Assembly (NCBI RefSeq): GCF_902713615.1
Contig: NC_052160.1
Coordinates: 137,248,737 to 137,312,736 of the forward strand
Origin: Scyliorhinus canicula
Taxonomy: Eukaryota
DNA: 64,000 nucleotides
Direction of reading: 5' to 3'
Notes under the pieces: model-generated
What the model was told of the DNA's origin: nothing
Seen by the model: only the letters and a program-made list of their open reading frames with translations
The model's database searches: none
Shown: positions 1 through 12,319 of the stretch, one piece after another
Layout of the letters: each line of letters begins with the position of its first letter
Numbering within the stretch: the first letter of the stretch is position 1
Made by a program: the position numbers and the translations under genes

Positions 1-669
1 TGTCACCCTGGCAGCAGCATGTCCAGGATTCCAGTGTGTCAGTGCAAGGGTGCCCGGGTGCTAGAGTGGCACTGCCAAGGGACGGTGCCTGAGGGGGGGG
101 GGGGGGCCATGCCCATGAAAGGTGGGTGGAGGGGCTCTTTGAAGGTGCAGGACAGTCCATAAGGACCTTTAGGAGGTTTGTGGGGGTGACAGGTAGGGAT
201 CCTGGAGGGAAGGGGCCCGTAAGGGGGTGGGGGGGAACTGAAGAGAAGGGGCCCCCAGGGCTCCCAAAGTGGGGTGTCTTCACTCAGGGAGGGGGGAGGG
301 GGTAATGTTTACATGTGTGGGGTGTGACATTGTCCATGGGTGGGATCGGATCCAACAACCACACTTAGAACATCCTTTCAAAATGGCGGCACGATCTCTG
401 AGGTCAGCTCCCCAGTGCTGAAAACAATTTCAGGGGCGAGATTTCACCAGCTCTGTGACAGCGAGCGGGAAAAGCCGCGCGTTTCCCGAGGCTCGGTCCG
501 GTGAGGCCGTCACCGGTATAAAACGTCCATTGGTCCACTTATCGAGGCCCCGTGGGATTAACGCCATAAATCATCATTCGCTGGCTAATTTCCCTGGGAC
601 CACACTGGCTAGCCCCCCCACTCAAACCGCTCCTGCACAGCCGACCCCACTCAGCTCACAGCCGGTGCT

Positions 670-2000
670 TCACGGAGACCAGCCACACGCTTTGGAGAAG
701 CCGACCTGGGCAGATTTCTGGGTGCGGTGGAGGCCAGGAGGGATGTCCTGTTCCCCCGAGGGTCGAGGAGAGCCAGCCACAGGGCAGCCAGTACCGCCTG
801 GGATGAGGTGGTAGTGGCCGTAAGCTCAGGGAGCGTGTTGAGAACTGGCATCCAGAGCCGCAAGAAGGTCAACGACCACCACCGGGCCGCACGGGTGGGT
901 AGGCAGCCTCCCCGCTGGAATGTACCTGGCAGTGCCCCCGCCCAGATCCGTTCCATGCCCCGGCCCACCCAGGGCCAGCTGTGCTGCCTACGCCACCCCC
1001 TACTCCCACTACCCCCTAACAACTGTCCCCCCATACGCCCCAGTCCTCATGCCTTCATACTCCACATGCACCCTTACTCTCCATCCCCCCCATATGGCCC
1101 ATCCCTCCTCCAACAAGCCCCCCCATTGAGCACCTCCCGCAATCAAAGATGCGTGTTGCTCACAAAACCCTCTCTGTCCCCGCAGGAGAAGCTGGCCCAC
1201 AACAGGTGGGAGAGGCCCAGACGGGCGACAGGGGGCCGGACACCACAGTATTCTTGGCACAGCTGTCATCCCCATCCTCCACCAGCACAGAGACACACAC
1301 CCTGGAGGGAGAATGTAGTCGACAGGCTTCTGGGGCACATTCTGGTGAGCACCACAATCCTGCTGAAGCACATCAGGTGGGGTCAGGAAACCCCAGGCGA
1401 AACAGCAGCCCGAAGTCTGTTGGATCCCAGGACAGGCAGAGCGCCTGGGCAGCATGATCCCGTCTCAGGTGGGCATAGCCGAGATGCTCCAGAGCGTCGC
1501 CCAGTCACTGAGGAGCATCACTCTGGGCGCCAACACTGTGCTGCAGGCATTGGGGAGCCACCAGAGCTGGCAGAGCCAGATGGTGCAGTGGCAGCCGGGG
1601 CTTATCCAGCTTCCCCTCCATCCCGGGGTGAACCCCAGGGCCCTACGGACACCGACTGGGAGGAGAGGGAGCTAGGTGCCAATCCAGAGCCACCCGATGG
1701 AGTGGCGACAGCGGCCACTAGCCTCCGTTCTCCCCCCCCCCCCCACCCCCCCCCCCAAGACCTACTCTCTAGGCAACGGCACATCCAGGGGTCAGCACCC
1801 AGGACAGGGCTTGTGTCACAGGCTAGTGCCCTGAGGCCCTCTGGCCACAGGGCCCCCAGAGGATGAGCGTCAGGGGCATCGAAGGCCACAGGGCGTGGGA
1901 AGCAGGAGGCTGCCTCCACCTCTGATGTGCATCCTGGTGACACACTTAGATATAATGGTAGGGCACAGAAGGCAAAGCCGATCACGGATTGCTGAGAGGG
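670..2000 (+). mobile_element. PIF/Harbinger-type Myb/SANT gene remnant with a retained intron (895-1185)
   Basis: [22 protein letters not shown]...AWDEV....SSGS...[11 protein letters not shown] resembles the Harbinger Myb/SANT protein. Splice CGG|gtgggt ... cgcag|GAG AAG CTG GCC CAC AAC; frameshifted downstream. Confidence 0.65.
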
Positions 2001-2306
2001 AACTGGGGGTGGATAAAGGACAATGGGGGAGGGGGCAGGAGATTAGCGAGGGGAAGGGGTGGGGAGGGGTTGGTAGTGATGGGGATAGTGGGGCGGCACC
2101 TTCGGGGGATGGAGGAGGATGGGACATGTGTTTTTAAAAATAAACGTTGACCGTGCACACTATGGCGCCTCTGCCACCTTCTTCCGCGATGCGGGTTGTA
2201 CGGCTATCCCATGCCACACCTTCACTGACATGGCGGTTCTGGAGGCCTTGTCTCTGTAATGTTTATTCTAGATTTTATGAATAAAGTATACTTTTTGAAA
2301 AAAAAA

Positions 2307-2892
2307 CTTGTCCCCGGAGACAGATGCAGTGGTATTTGTCCAGGTTCATCCCGAGCAGCTCTGTGACTCAGGACTCTGTGCTCCATGGACTGTTTCCAGG
2401 GACACGCACTGAGAGAAACATCAACTGCTGCTGGAAGGTCATCAACTCGGTGAAAGACGTTATTTGGTCTGCCCGAAACTTGATGATCTTCCAGTGCAAA
2501 GAATTGTCCTCGACCGAGTGTTGCAGACTGGCACATTCCAAGGTCCAGGACTACGTGCTGAGGGACGCACTCAAGCTTGGGGCAGCTGCCGCCAAGGCGC
2601 AATGGGGAAAGGCCACTGTGTAAGGTCTTACCAGCAAATGTACACCGAGGGGTTGGTAACAGTGTAAAACCCCTCGGTCTGGGTCATTAACACTTCAATG
2701 TATAAAAGAATCATGACGATGTTAATATTTAAGAAAGAATTGTAACGTAAAGATTAATATGTGTGTAATGCCATCCCAATTGAATGGAAGAAAGTCAAGT
2801 GAATGTGTGACTTTGATGGAAATGTACAGTCAACACAATTCGGAATGTTGATTATAGATTTTATGAATAAAGTGTATTTTTTGAAAAAAAAC
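2307..2892 (+). mobile_element. 5'-truncated L1/Tx1-clade LINE 3' end (paralog ~42170-42752)
   Basis: ORF2 C-terminus ...INSVKDVIWSARN...[24 protein letters not shown], then a 3'UTR with AATAAA and an A-tail. Confidence 0.7.
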
Positions 2893-3100
2893 CCTATCCC
2901 TGCAAGTGGGGACTAGACAGAACGGCACGCGGGTGGGTCTCCCAGGGGCTTGGAGGCCCCGAGATGCATGCCTTTTTGGCTGGGTGGCACCCTGGCACTG
3001 CTGGTGCCACCCAAGCACCTTGGCACTGCCAGACTGGCACCCTGGCAGTTCCAGCTTGGACCCTGGCAGTGCTATCTGGGTGCCAGCCTGGAAGGGTGGT

Positions 3101-3139
<39 letters not shown>

Positions 3140-3384
3140 ATTGCGACACCGTTAGGGCACAAAACAGGACTGTGTGCGACCTCGGCCGCTCATTTCCCAC
3201 TGACGCCCTTTATTAAAAAGCGATTGGCGGTTTATAGCCATGTGTTTGTCGGCACTGCGAGAGCCGGGAAACACTCGGCTAAACACGCTCCCTATGGGAC
3301 TTTGTTCCCTTTTAGTAAAATCACATCCTCAGTGTTGTTATGGTAGCGGTGGGCAACTCGCTCACAGAGCCATCAGGAAATTCC

Positions 3385-4210
3385 CTGCAAAACAATGTGG
3401 AAAAGTGTGAGGTTATTCACTTTGAAAGGAGGAATTTAGGCACAGATTATTTTCTAAATGGGGAGATGCTTAAGAAATCAGAAGCACAAAGGGACTTTGG
3501 AATTCTTGTTCAAGATTCTCTTCAGGTTAAGGTGCAGAAGTATATCCCTGCTCCTGTATTCTAGCCCTCTCAACATGAATGCTAACATTGCATTTGCCTT
3601 ATTTTATTATTGCCTTAAATTATTATTATTGTTATTCGGTTCAGTCAGCAGTTAGGAAGACAAATGCAATGTTAGCATTCTTGTCAAGAGGGCTAGAATA
3701 CAGGAGCAGGGATGTACTTCTGAGGCTGTGTAAGGCTCTGGTCAGACCCCATTTGGAGTATTGTGAGCAGTTTTGGGCCCCGTATCTAAGGAAGGATGTG
3801 TTGGCCTTGGAAAGGGTCCAGGGGAGGTTCACAAGAATGACACTTGGAATGAAGATCTTGTCGTATGAGGAGTGATTGAGGACTCTGGGTCTGTACTCGT
3901 TTAGAGTTTAGTGAATGTGGAGAGGGTGTTTCCACCTGTAGGAAAAACTAGAACCCAAGGGCACAGCCTCAGACTGAAGAAACAATCATTTAAAACAGAG
4001 ATGAGGTGGAATTTCTTCAGCCAGAGGTGGTGAATCTGTGGAACTCTTTGCTGCAGAAGGCTGTGGAGGTCAAGGCACTGAGTGTCTTTAAGACAGATAG
4101 ATAGGTTGTCGATTAATAAGGGAGGGGGGTTATGATCAGCCATGATTGACTGGTGGAGCAGATTCGATGGGCTGAATGGCCTAATTCTGCTCCTCTGTCT
4201 TATGGTCTTA
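3385..4210 (+). mobile_element. Degenerate CR1 LINE 3' fragment (paralog ~43220-44048)
   Basis: KCEVIHF and LVRPHLEYC motifs; CR1 tail cctaattctgctcct...ttatggtctta. Confidence 0.85.
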
Positions 4211-4334
4211 CAACTTGCCACAAATAAACTTCAAAATGTTTCCCTTCAATTCCACCCGTTGTGTTTCCTCCTGGAGTAAATATTGATCAGACATTTCAGT
4301 CAAGATTAACAAAGAAAATCACCAAGAAACGTAC

Positions 4335-4649
4335 CTTCAGATATTTGTAGCTCAACTCCAAATAATATATCCAATCCAGGTTTTTTAATTCCACAGCTGT
4401 ACCATCCTGTATCTTCTGAACGAAGATCCTCCACAGTAACAACAAACATTCTTTCTGCCTTGTTGTCTCTGATCGACATTCTCCCTCTCCGTCCACCTGA
4501 ATCATCTGATTTTACCAAAATGGAGCACCTAATATTCACACCATCGCACCAATATTTCACCTTTTCCCGGTACGCTCCATCATAGTGACAATTTATTGTG
4601 ATCGCTCTTCCCACAATTCCTGTTACTTTCTTTTCTGCCGATAATGCAC
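4335..4649 (-). CDS. Gene A exon 2, CD300/pIgR-type Ig V domain (downstream exons lie left of the window)
   Basis: Same splice sites and four-Cys pattern as 44173-44487; 3 nt differences in 315. Confidence 0.93.
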
Positions 4650-4899
4650 CTGAAACTGAAGAGACACCGTTTCAGAAATTGAACAAAGAAGAATTGTTAA
4701 ATACAAACAGGTACATTTTAACAGAAGTTACTAATGTGTACAGAGGAATCTCTCCAGTTCACCTTCTAATCCAGGAAAATTCCTTCATGTTTTTGATGAA
4801 AACAAACATCAATATCGTGACTTATCACAGCCTCAGGATGTGACAGAGAATTTCACAGTCAATGATTAACTTGTGAAACTTTTGGGGTGTTTTAACTTT

Positions 4900-6900
4900 C
4901 TTGATCCAACAGCAAGAATTGGGCGTTGGTAGTTAGAGGGGTTCATGGAAATCAGGGTTCTGTTGTGTACTGTGATGTTCAACTCTGTTGCATGTGTGCA
5001 ATGTCACTGACTGATTGACAGGCTTGTCTTCAATTAAGGAACAGTGGGAGGACGGCGCAGGACCAAATTGGCCCGCGTCTGTACCACACGGGGTGGATTG
5101 GGGTTGGTTTGCAGAAGGCCGGGTGTCGGGTTGGGTTTGGATTCTGGTTGGGGTGGGGTTGGAGGCCTCGGAGTTGGGCTGTGATGGGTGGCTCAGAGAG
5201 AAGGTGGGTGGGCTTTGTGGGGGTGCGAAAAATAGAGGCTCATTGCTTGGGTTGTCATGTTGGCGCAATTAGCATATCAACCTCATCCTTAGAGGTCACC
5301 TCATTCATCCAACTCACTTGGGCTGTGAATTAAACAAGTCTTTGAACAGGAACAACCAGCCACCCAGAAACTAATCCCTGACAGCTTGACTTTCATCACC
5401 AGTACTGGATTGTGATCCTCCATACAGCTCTCGCCCCCTGGCTTCACAGTGCTGCCTGACTGTATGAGTTCACACTACCTGCAGTCACCCTCCCCTCTGT
5501 GTGATTGTCATCAGACCCCATGAGTCCAGAACAGACCCATTCTCAGAGAGCCCACTTTGCCCCTGTAGCCTGGCCTCCAATGGAATCCCACCAGGGACCT
5601 CACAGCCACCCTCAGTGCTGCCCCTATGGATTCACCCACTCCTACCCCCCTTCCAGCTGCCACTCTGGAGGGGCAATCCCTCAGCGGTGATATCGCCACA
5701 GACCCAGCAAGGAGGGCGCGGCAATCGATGCCAGCACACCAGCCGCCGGACCCCTTTAAATCCAGAGGCTCCCAGACATGAAGGGTAGTGAAGACCTGCG
5801 AGTGACCCTAACTCCTGAGGTCCTGAGGCTGAACCCCACCCACCCCAAGGTGAGCCTATCTGGGTCCCCCCGCGTCCTCGCCACAGCCCCCTCTGCATTG
5901 GCACCCAGAACGCCATGGCGAACTGAGCACTCATCTCCAATATTCCCTTCGGAGGTGAGGTCAGAGGTCAGGCCGGCAGGTTCTCGAACCGTTGCAGCTG
6001 TTGTTAATCACGCCGGCGCGACGTCTCGCCGGAGACCAGTGAATATTCAGTGAGTGAGGACGTCTCGGAGGGTGGAGTCGCTAATGATATTTTAATGATT
6101 ATAAAGAGGTTCCCGGCGTTCCGCAGCAGATATCCCATTACGGTGCCGGCGAGGGGGCTGGAAAACCGGAAATTGTGATCTTGCCGGAGAGAATAGCATT
6201 TTCCGATTCTCGCCGGATTTTCCGCCTCCATCCTCACTGACGGCCAACGTGGGCTCAAAATCACCCCTCTTGGATGGAATCTCGTGTCCTCTCCAGGGCA
6301 CGTTTGGTGGTAGGGGCATTTAATTGGTTGGGAAGTTGGTAAGTGTGGACACTGCCACCTCAGCCCCTCCACTCCTGATTAAATTGTGGGTAGAGAAGCT
6401 GGGAGACAGCCTTGCCACCATGCCACCAATTGTGGGCCAATTAATGCCCACTTAATGGCCTCATCCTGCCACCGCTGGCATGAACCCAGTCGATGGGGGA
6501 CTCACCAGTTAGGGACTCAACAAGCAAACCCCTGTGTGTGGTTGTGGGCTGCGGGTGAGGGTGACATTCCTTCACGGAAAGGCACTCAGGGTCTGAACGG
6601 TGAACCTGGTATTGGGAAGCAGGGGGCTCGCTGATAGCCACACCCCTGCCTGTGTTTCCAACCCTCCATCACCACAACTCCCCTGTAAACCCTCTCCCCT
6701 GATGTCCCTCCCGCCCTCACTCCCCTCTGATGGAGATTCAAATTCCACTCAGAGAGGAAAATGGTGGCTGACATTAAGGAACGGACCTGAAGATGCTGTA
6801 CTTTCAGACCTTGGGAACCATGTGTGGAATATTGTGTCCTGCCCTGTGGCAACTTTGGTGGTAGGGGGCATTTAATTTGGGTGAGAAGGTGGGTGAGAGT
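4900..6900. repeat. Degenerate GC-rich repeat mosaic, probably Harbinger-derived; related to 51520-53100
   Basis: 5421-5490 (catacagctctcgccccctggcttcacagtgctg) matches the reverse complement of ~52140-52210; MITE-like ends near 6140-6230. Confidence 0.4.
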
Positions 6901-6959
6901 ACAGACCCCTTACTGTCTTATATAAGACACGAGTCTGAGACCCAAACTTCGCCCTTCAA

Positions 6960-7550
6960 ACTGAATATGACGTTCTACATGTTATGATCACTTTTACCTG
7001 GAGGCTCTATTAATATAAGGTTATTGATTAATCCTGTCTCATTGTACATTCCCGGGTCTAGAATACCTTTCTCTCTGGTTGGCTCTAGAATATACTGCTC
7101 TTGAAATCATCCAGAACTCACTTTTCAGGTTATCTTTGTCAATCTGATTCACCCAATCCAAATGTAGATGAAGCCACTGATGATTGTTGTGGTACATCTC
7201 TTACACGCTCCATTTATTTCTTCCTGTGCTGTCTGTCCTGCAGTCTAACTATTGTTCAGAGGCTCAGAAGCTACTCAATCAATTTACCTCTTCCCTTTTC
7301 TGTTTTTCAACTCTCCCAGTACTGATTCTATACGTTGTTCTTTTGAGCGAAGGTAATATCTCACCCCTCTGTTAATGAGATTGTTGATTAAACGAGCGAC
7401 CCCACCACCTTTTCTTAGCTTCCTGTCCCTTCAAAATGTCAAATATCCCTCAATAGTCAAGTCCCAACCTTGGCCACTTTGCAACCATGTCGGCAATGGC
7501 TAACAGGTCACAGATATTATATTTTTATCTTCAATAACAATTCTTCCATT
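6960..7550 (-). mobile_element. Old CR1 endonuclease-region fragment
   Basis: The reverse strand resembles CR1 APE-coding sequence; no intact ORF. Confidence 0.45.
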
Positions 7551-9318
7551 TTGTTATGAATGCTGTATATATTTAGATACAGAAGGTGGAAGTTCCCCAA
7601 AATGTGGCTCTGTTAATATTGATGTGAGAATTGGTGCGAATCCTGTCGGCCCTGGGGATGCGATTGGGATACTTGGTGAAAATCCAAATATCCCACGTGA
7701 AAGACGTTGGTGTGAAGTTAGTGCGAATCCTGTCGGCCCTGGGGTCATGATCCAGAGCAAAATTTGTAGCCATTTAGTGGAAAAACAAATTCTCCACGTG
7801 AAAGATGTTGGCGTTGTTGCTCTATAAATAATGTTGGTGAACCACAAGCCTTCTGTTATAACGATCAAATGACCACACAACCAGTTAGCTAGTTCAAAAG
7901 ATGGTTTATTTACATACACAAGAGTTACCTCGACATGCAAACACAAATATCTACTGCGAGTTAAACTACACCTATCAGCTACAATTACCGATACTTAACT
8001 TCAGGGCGACCGGCACTGTGCAAATGGATAAGGCCTTTATCTGGATTTCACTTGGCTGGTTCAAAGAATGTGGCTCTGTCTCTGCTGGGCTCATCTGTCA
8101 GGTAGCAATCGTTGGTCTTGAACTTGGCTGGCTGTTCCTGCTGCAATTGGGTTGGCACAGGCCGGATCCAAAAGAGACAGAACACTTGGCTGTGCTCTCT
8201 TTTATCTCTCTGGGATTTTGCGCTCTTTGGGGTGGTCCTTAACCTTGGACCTAATCATTCGACAGGGCTCTGATCAGTGTCTTCGATTTTGGCCAATAAA
8301 GGGGCGGGTGCCTTGGTGGCTGGGTGGGTCCTTAGCGGTCATTGACTTTGGCAGTTGGGCTTTCTGAATAAGGGGAGTAGCGTCGATCAATCTGTGGCTG
8401 TACCGGTTGCTTGATTGGAGTTCTATTGTCCTGGGAAAATGGGCCATTAAAATGCAAACGAGCAGGGTTTTCGATCAGGCCTGGTTACCTGTGTTTCAGG
8501 TGCACATAGGCTGTGTATCTGTCTGAGACCTGGGTTGGCCATAATTCCCATGGTCCTTTGCAGGTGGCCATCTTCGATGGCTGCAGCGTGAAGCATCTGA
8601 TTCGCCTGCCTCTGGGGGTAATCTGAGCAGTTCTATACCTTCAGCTGATGTGTGATTCTCCGCCCGATCGCAGTTCTCAATTGCAGCCTCATCCCACGGA
8701 GAATTGAGCCCAGAGGCTGGGGAATTTACTGGAACGGTTATTAGACCAATCACCCTGCTGGCTGAGGAACTGAACAGGTGGGGAAAGAGCTAACACTGAA
8801 ACAAGGTAAAGAGACAGAGAGAGATGCAGGAAGGGAAAATATTTAGGAAAAATGTAAGAAGTTGAATGGAAGGGACTTCAGGTCAGAAAAAGGGAGTATT
8901 GAAAGAGGAAGATTGTCACAGACAGATGCACACGTCACTTAAGTGTACAGAAGCACATCAAATATTTTGCATAAAATTGGTAAATTAAAGGCATCGATTT
9001 CTATTTGGAGTTTTGATTAAATGGAATTAATAGAGTCCTGATTCAGAGTAGTGTGATACTGAGTTTAACATTGCGAGATAGAACATAGATTCATCAGTAG
9101 TGGTAGCGTTGATCAAAGATTCCACGGCCGTCTCATTTTCCAGGATTATATAGAGTTAGAGTGAAACATAAAAAGAGAGTTGTTTCTTGTAAAAGAATGT
9201 GAATAAAATCGTTCCCCGTTGGGAGGGAAATATAGATGAACAATCTACCCGTGTCTCACAGAGCCTCATTTATATCGAATACTTTAAACAACCAAAATAA
9301 CTGGAAACTCGTGACATG

Positions 9319-9455
9319 GGCCAGGATTCTCTGGGATTGATACCGGCGGGATTCTCCGATTCCGCTAGAGTGAATGGGGTTTTGGCTGAGTTTCACATTC
9401 TCTGCTCTGTCCGGGAGGGGTAGCCGGGGATAAGCCGAATCAGAGAATCCCGGCC
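9319..9455. mobile_element. 137-bp MITE with GGCC(A/G)GGATTCTCTG terminal inverted repeats and a 3-bp TSD (ATG)
   Basis: TIRs at both ends, ATG on both flanks, and absent from the paralogous site near 48998. Confidence 0.8.
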
Positions 9456-9629
9456 ATGTTCTGTTGTAGAGATCACTAGCAGCACAGTTTTTAGCATCAT
9501 TATATTGGACATTAGATTATATTAAGAAGAATCACATTTTACATGATTTAAACAGATTTCCTTTGTGTTTTGTTTCTTCCACGTGTAGCTTTTTAACTAT
9601 CTAAATTGTCTTTTAATTTTCTATTCACA

Positions 9630-9920
9630 GATAATACAAGGGGTCACGATTTCAAGGTGAGAGGGGAAAAGTTTAAGGGAGATGTGCGTGGAAAGTTTTT
9701 TATGCAGAGGGTGGTGGGTGCCTGGAATGCTTTGCCAGCGGAGGTGGTAGAGGCGGGTACGATAGCATCATTTAAGATGCATCTGGACAGATATATGAAC
9801 GGATGGGGAACAGAGAGAAGTAGACCTTGGAAAATAGGCAACAGGTTTAGATAAAGGATCTGGATCGGCACAGGCTGGGAGGACCAAAGGGCCTGTTCCT
9901 CTGCTGTAATTTTCTTTGTT
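9630..9920 (+). mobile_element. CR1 3' end
   Basis: [24 protein letters not shown] followed by the CR1 tail. Confidence 0.85.
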
Positions 9921-10125
9921 TGTTAATAAATTAATAAATATTTTGGTGTTGCAAAATTCCCGTTAAAATGGACACGACTTCACACAAATGTCATTCATTT
10001 ACCTCTACCTAGTTTCTTGTACTTTTTCATGTTTCCAAGTATTCTAACATCTCTGTTGAGTAAACTGTAGACTAGAATTTAACTAATGCTGATGATCTGA
10101 ATATTCAGCTCGGGCTGTTACTCAC

Positions 10126-10162
10126 CGGGCAGGGAACAGATGAGGAGAATTAGAATCCACAT
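10126..10162 (-). CDS. Gene A exon 1, signal peptide MWILILLICSLP(G)
   Basis: ATG plus hydrophobic run, ending G|gtgagt; paralog of 49720-49756. Confidence 0.87.
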
Positions 10163-10829
10163 CGTTTTATTTGCAGAGGTCAGATTAGAACTTGTCGTCA
10201 GTCGCCCAGCTCATCGTTTTCAGATTGAAATAATTGTGTGAAATAGATTCCAAAGAACTTAAAAGAGGAAGAAGGTAGCAGGAAGTCAGGGTAACGAAAT
10301 TACTGTATCTAACCCTGATGCAATAAGAGCACAGAAGGAAGGACAGGAGTTGACCACACTGCGTCTCGAACCTGCTCCACCATTCAATACTTTCAATCTT
10401 CATCATTTTCCTTAAACCTAGTTTTCTGTCCTCTTCCCATATTCCTTGATTACCTGTGAGGCTAAAACTCTGTGTGTCTGTCTCAGCCTTAAATATCATC
10501 ATGGTTGAAGAGCTTTGTTTTAGTTTGGAGGGGGACCCGCACTTGAAAATAAAAACAAAACAGGAAAGAAAAAGGGAAAGAGAGAAAGGAAACAGATAGA
10601 GCATTCAGAGCCTCCTGGGGTAGAGACTATTGAAAGATTCACATCCCTTTGAGTGAAAAAACTTCTCATCTCATTCCGAAATGATTGGTTCCTCATTGAA
10701 ACTCTGTGCTCGTTTCGGAGATTCTCCAATCGGAGAAACAAACACCCTGTCGGTGTCTCAGGTCCCTTCAGAATCTCATATGTTTCAATGAGGTCACCTC
10801 TCATTCTTCTAAACTCCAGATATGGGGCA

Positions 10830-11290
10830 GATATTAGGGAGCCAGAGGACTGGCAGAGCCAGGTGACTCAGAGGTTTCTGGAGCTCACTCCATGGAGTCA
10901 CCCAGGGCCCTACAGACACCCTCAGGGAGGAGGAAGCGCTGGAGCCCATCCTGGGTTATTGCACCAAGGAGACAGTAGCAGCCTTCTGAACACCCGATTC
11001 CTGACACTGGTGCATCTCAACAGCAGAGGGCAGAACAGGGTGGCACAGTGACACGTGTGACACTGTTTCCGGGCCCTCCAGAGGACATCCACCAAGTGCA
11101 TCAAAGGCCACTGGACACAGAAAGCAACAAGATACCTCCACCTCTGATATTCATCCTGAGGACACAACCAGATGTAGCACTAGACCACGGAGGAGCAAGA
11201 AGACTGAGGGGCACTGAATGGGCATTGACGAGGTCACTATCCGTAGCTTGGGTGTTGCTGCCCTCAACTGGCGGCAGCCGACAAAACAGA
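10830..11290 (+). mobile_element. Fragment of the same Harbinger-type family as ~1560-1940
   Basis: ctggcagagccag...cccagggccctacagacacc is shared with 1566-1650. Confidence 0.5.
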
Positions 11291-11769
11291 CAAATCAATC
11301 CTCACAACAATAATTGAATTAATTCAGACTTTATTTTCTCACCAAGCTCATTGAAACAGTTGCATTAGTTTCAAGACCCTCAACTTAAACTAACAAAATA
11401 CTACCTGGAAGAGAGAGCTGGGCCAGCCTCGCTCTGGAGGGTGTGCTCTGTGACTTTCCAAACTCAGGCCTTGTCTCGTAAATGTTGACCCCGGGGTTAT
11501 GGCCGCTGAAATCATGGAAAAAGGTTTTAGTTTTTAGTTCATAGTTCATTTAAGTAAAGAATCCTACAGGACACACACAGGCCTTACTCAGTCTTGAGGG
11601 AGCCCTCCTCTCACTGTTCCAAAACAATGTGTTATCAGCAAAATGTCCAGTTGCAAGTAGTCATTCTGCCTGTTGCCATGAAACCAATTTTACAGTGAGC
11701 TTCAGTTTTCTCTGTTAGCCTCTTTAATGTTAGCCATTGTCCTCCTTTACCATCATGCCTTACTGCACA

Positions 11770-12262
11770 ATGTTTTTTCTTTAATTTGGAGGACCCAATT
11801 ATTTTATTCCTATTAAGGGGCAATTTAGGTTAGGTGGATTGGCCATGATAAATTGCCCTTAGTGTCCAAAATTGCCCGTAGTGTTGGGTGGGGTGACTGG
11901 GTTATGGGGATAGGGTGGAGGTGTTGACCTCGGGTAGGGTGCTCTCCAAGAGCCGGTGCAGACTCGATGGGCCGGGTGGTCTCCTTCCGCACTGTAAATT
12001 CTATGATAACCTATGATTGATCTAGGACAAAGGCTCGGCACAACATCGTGGGCCGAAGGGCCTGTTCTGTGCTGTATTTTTCTATGTTCCATGTTCTAGC
12101 GCAGCCAATCCACCGAACCAGCACATCTTTGGGTCGTGGGGGTGAAACCCAAGCAGACACGGGGGAGAATGTGCAAACTTCACACAGATAGTGACCCAGG
12201 GCCGGGTTTCAAACCCGGTTCCTCAGCGCCGTAGTCCCAGTGCAAACCACTGCATCACCGCT
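11770..12262 (-). mobile_element. V-SINE (A-rich tail type) interrupted by a 5'-truncated plus-strand SINE at ~11829-12098
   Basis: ggggcaatttag and cgcagccaatcc rejoin when the insert is removed. Confidence 0.75.
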
Positions 12263-12319
12263 TACCGCACAACGTTAGCCATCTTTCCTGCCCAGCAAAG
12301 GGGAATGGAAATCTGTCAC

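Larger units (their letters stand above)
1..10830 (+). repeat. Segmental/tandem duplication, copy 1
   Basis: Base 1 matches 39927 and collinearity continues to ~10.8 kb, sharing TE insertions, the V exon and the leader exon. Confidence 0.95.

Noticed and set aside
727-1866. 379-aa ORF as a host gene
   Set aside because: It reads through an intron of a frameshifted Harbinger Myb remnant, and the frame is not conserved in the paralogous copy.
3101-3138. 38-nt poly-G versus 14 nt in the paralog; other poly-G/C runs at ~35208, 39851 and 51123
   Set aside because: Homopolymer lengths are unreliable in assemblies. The poly-Gly and poly-Pro ORFs there are artefacts.
4335-4649. Assigning a gene symbol (PIGR or CD300)
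   Set aside because: The family motif is clear, but the V+C2 architecture matches neither mammalian gene; orthology needs a phylogeny.
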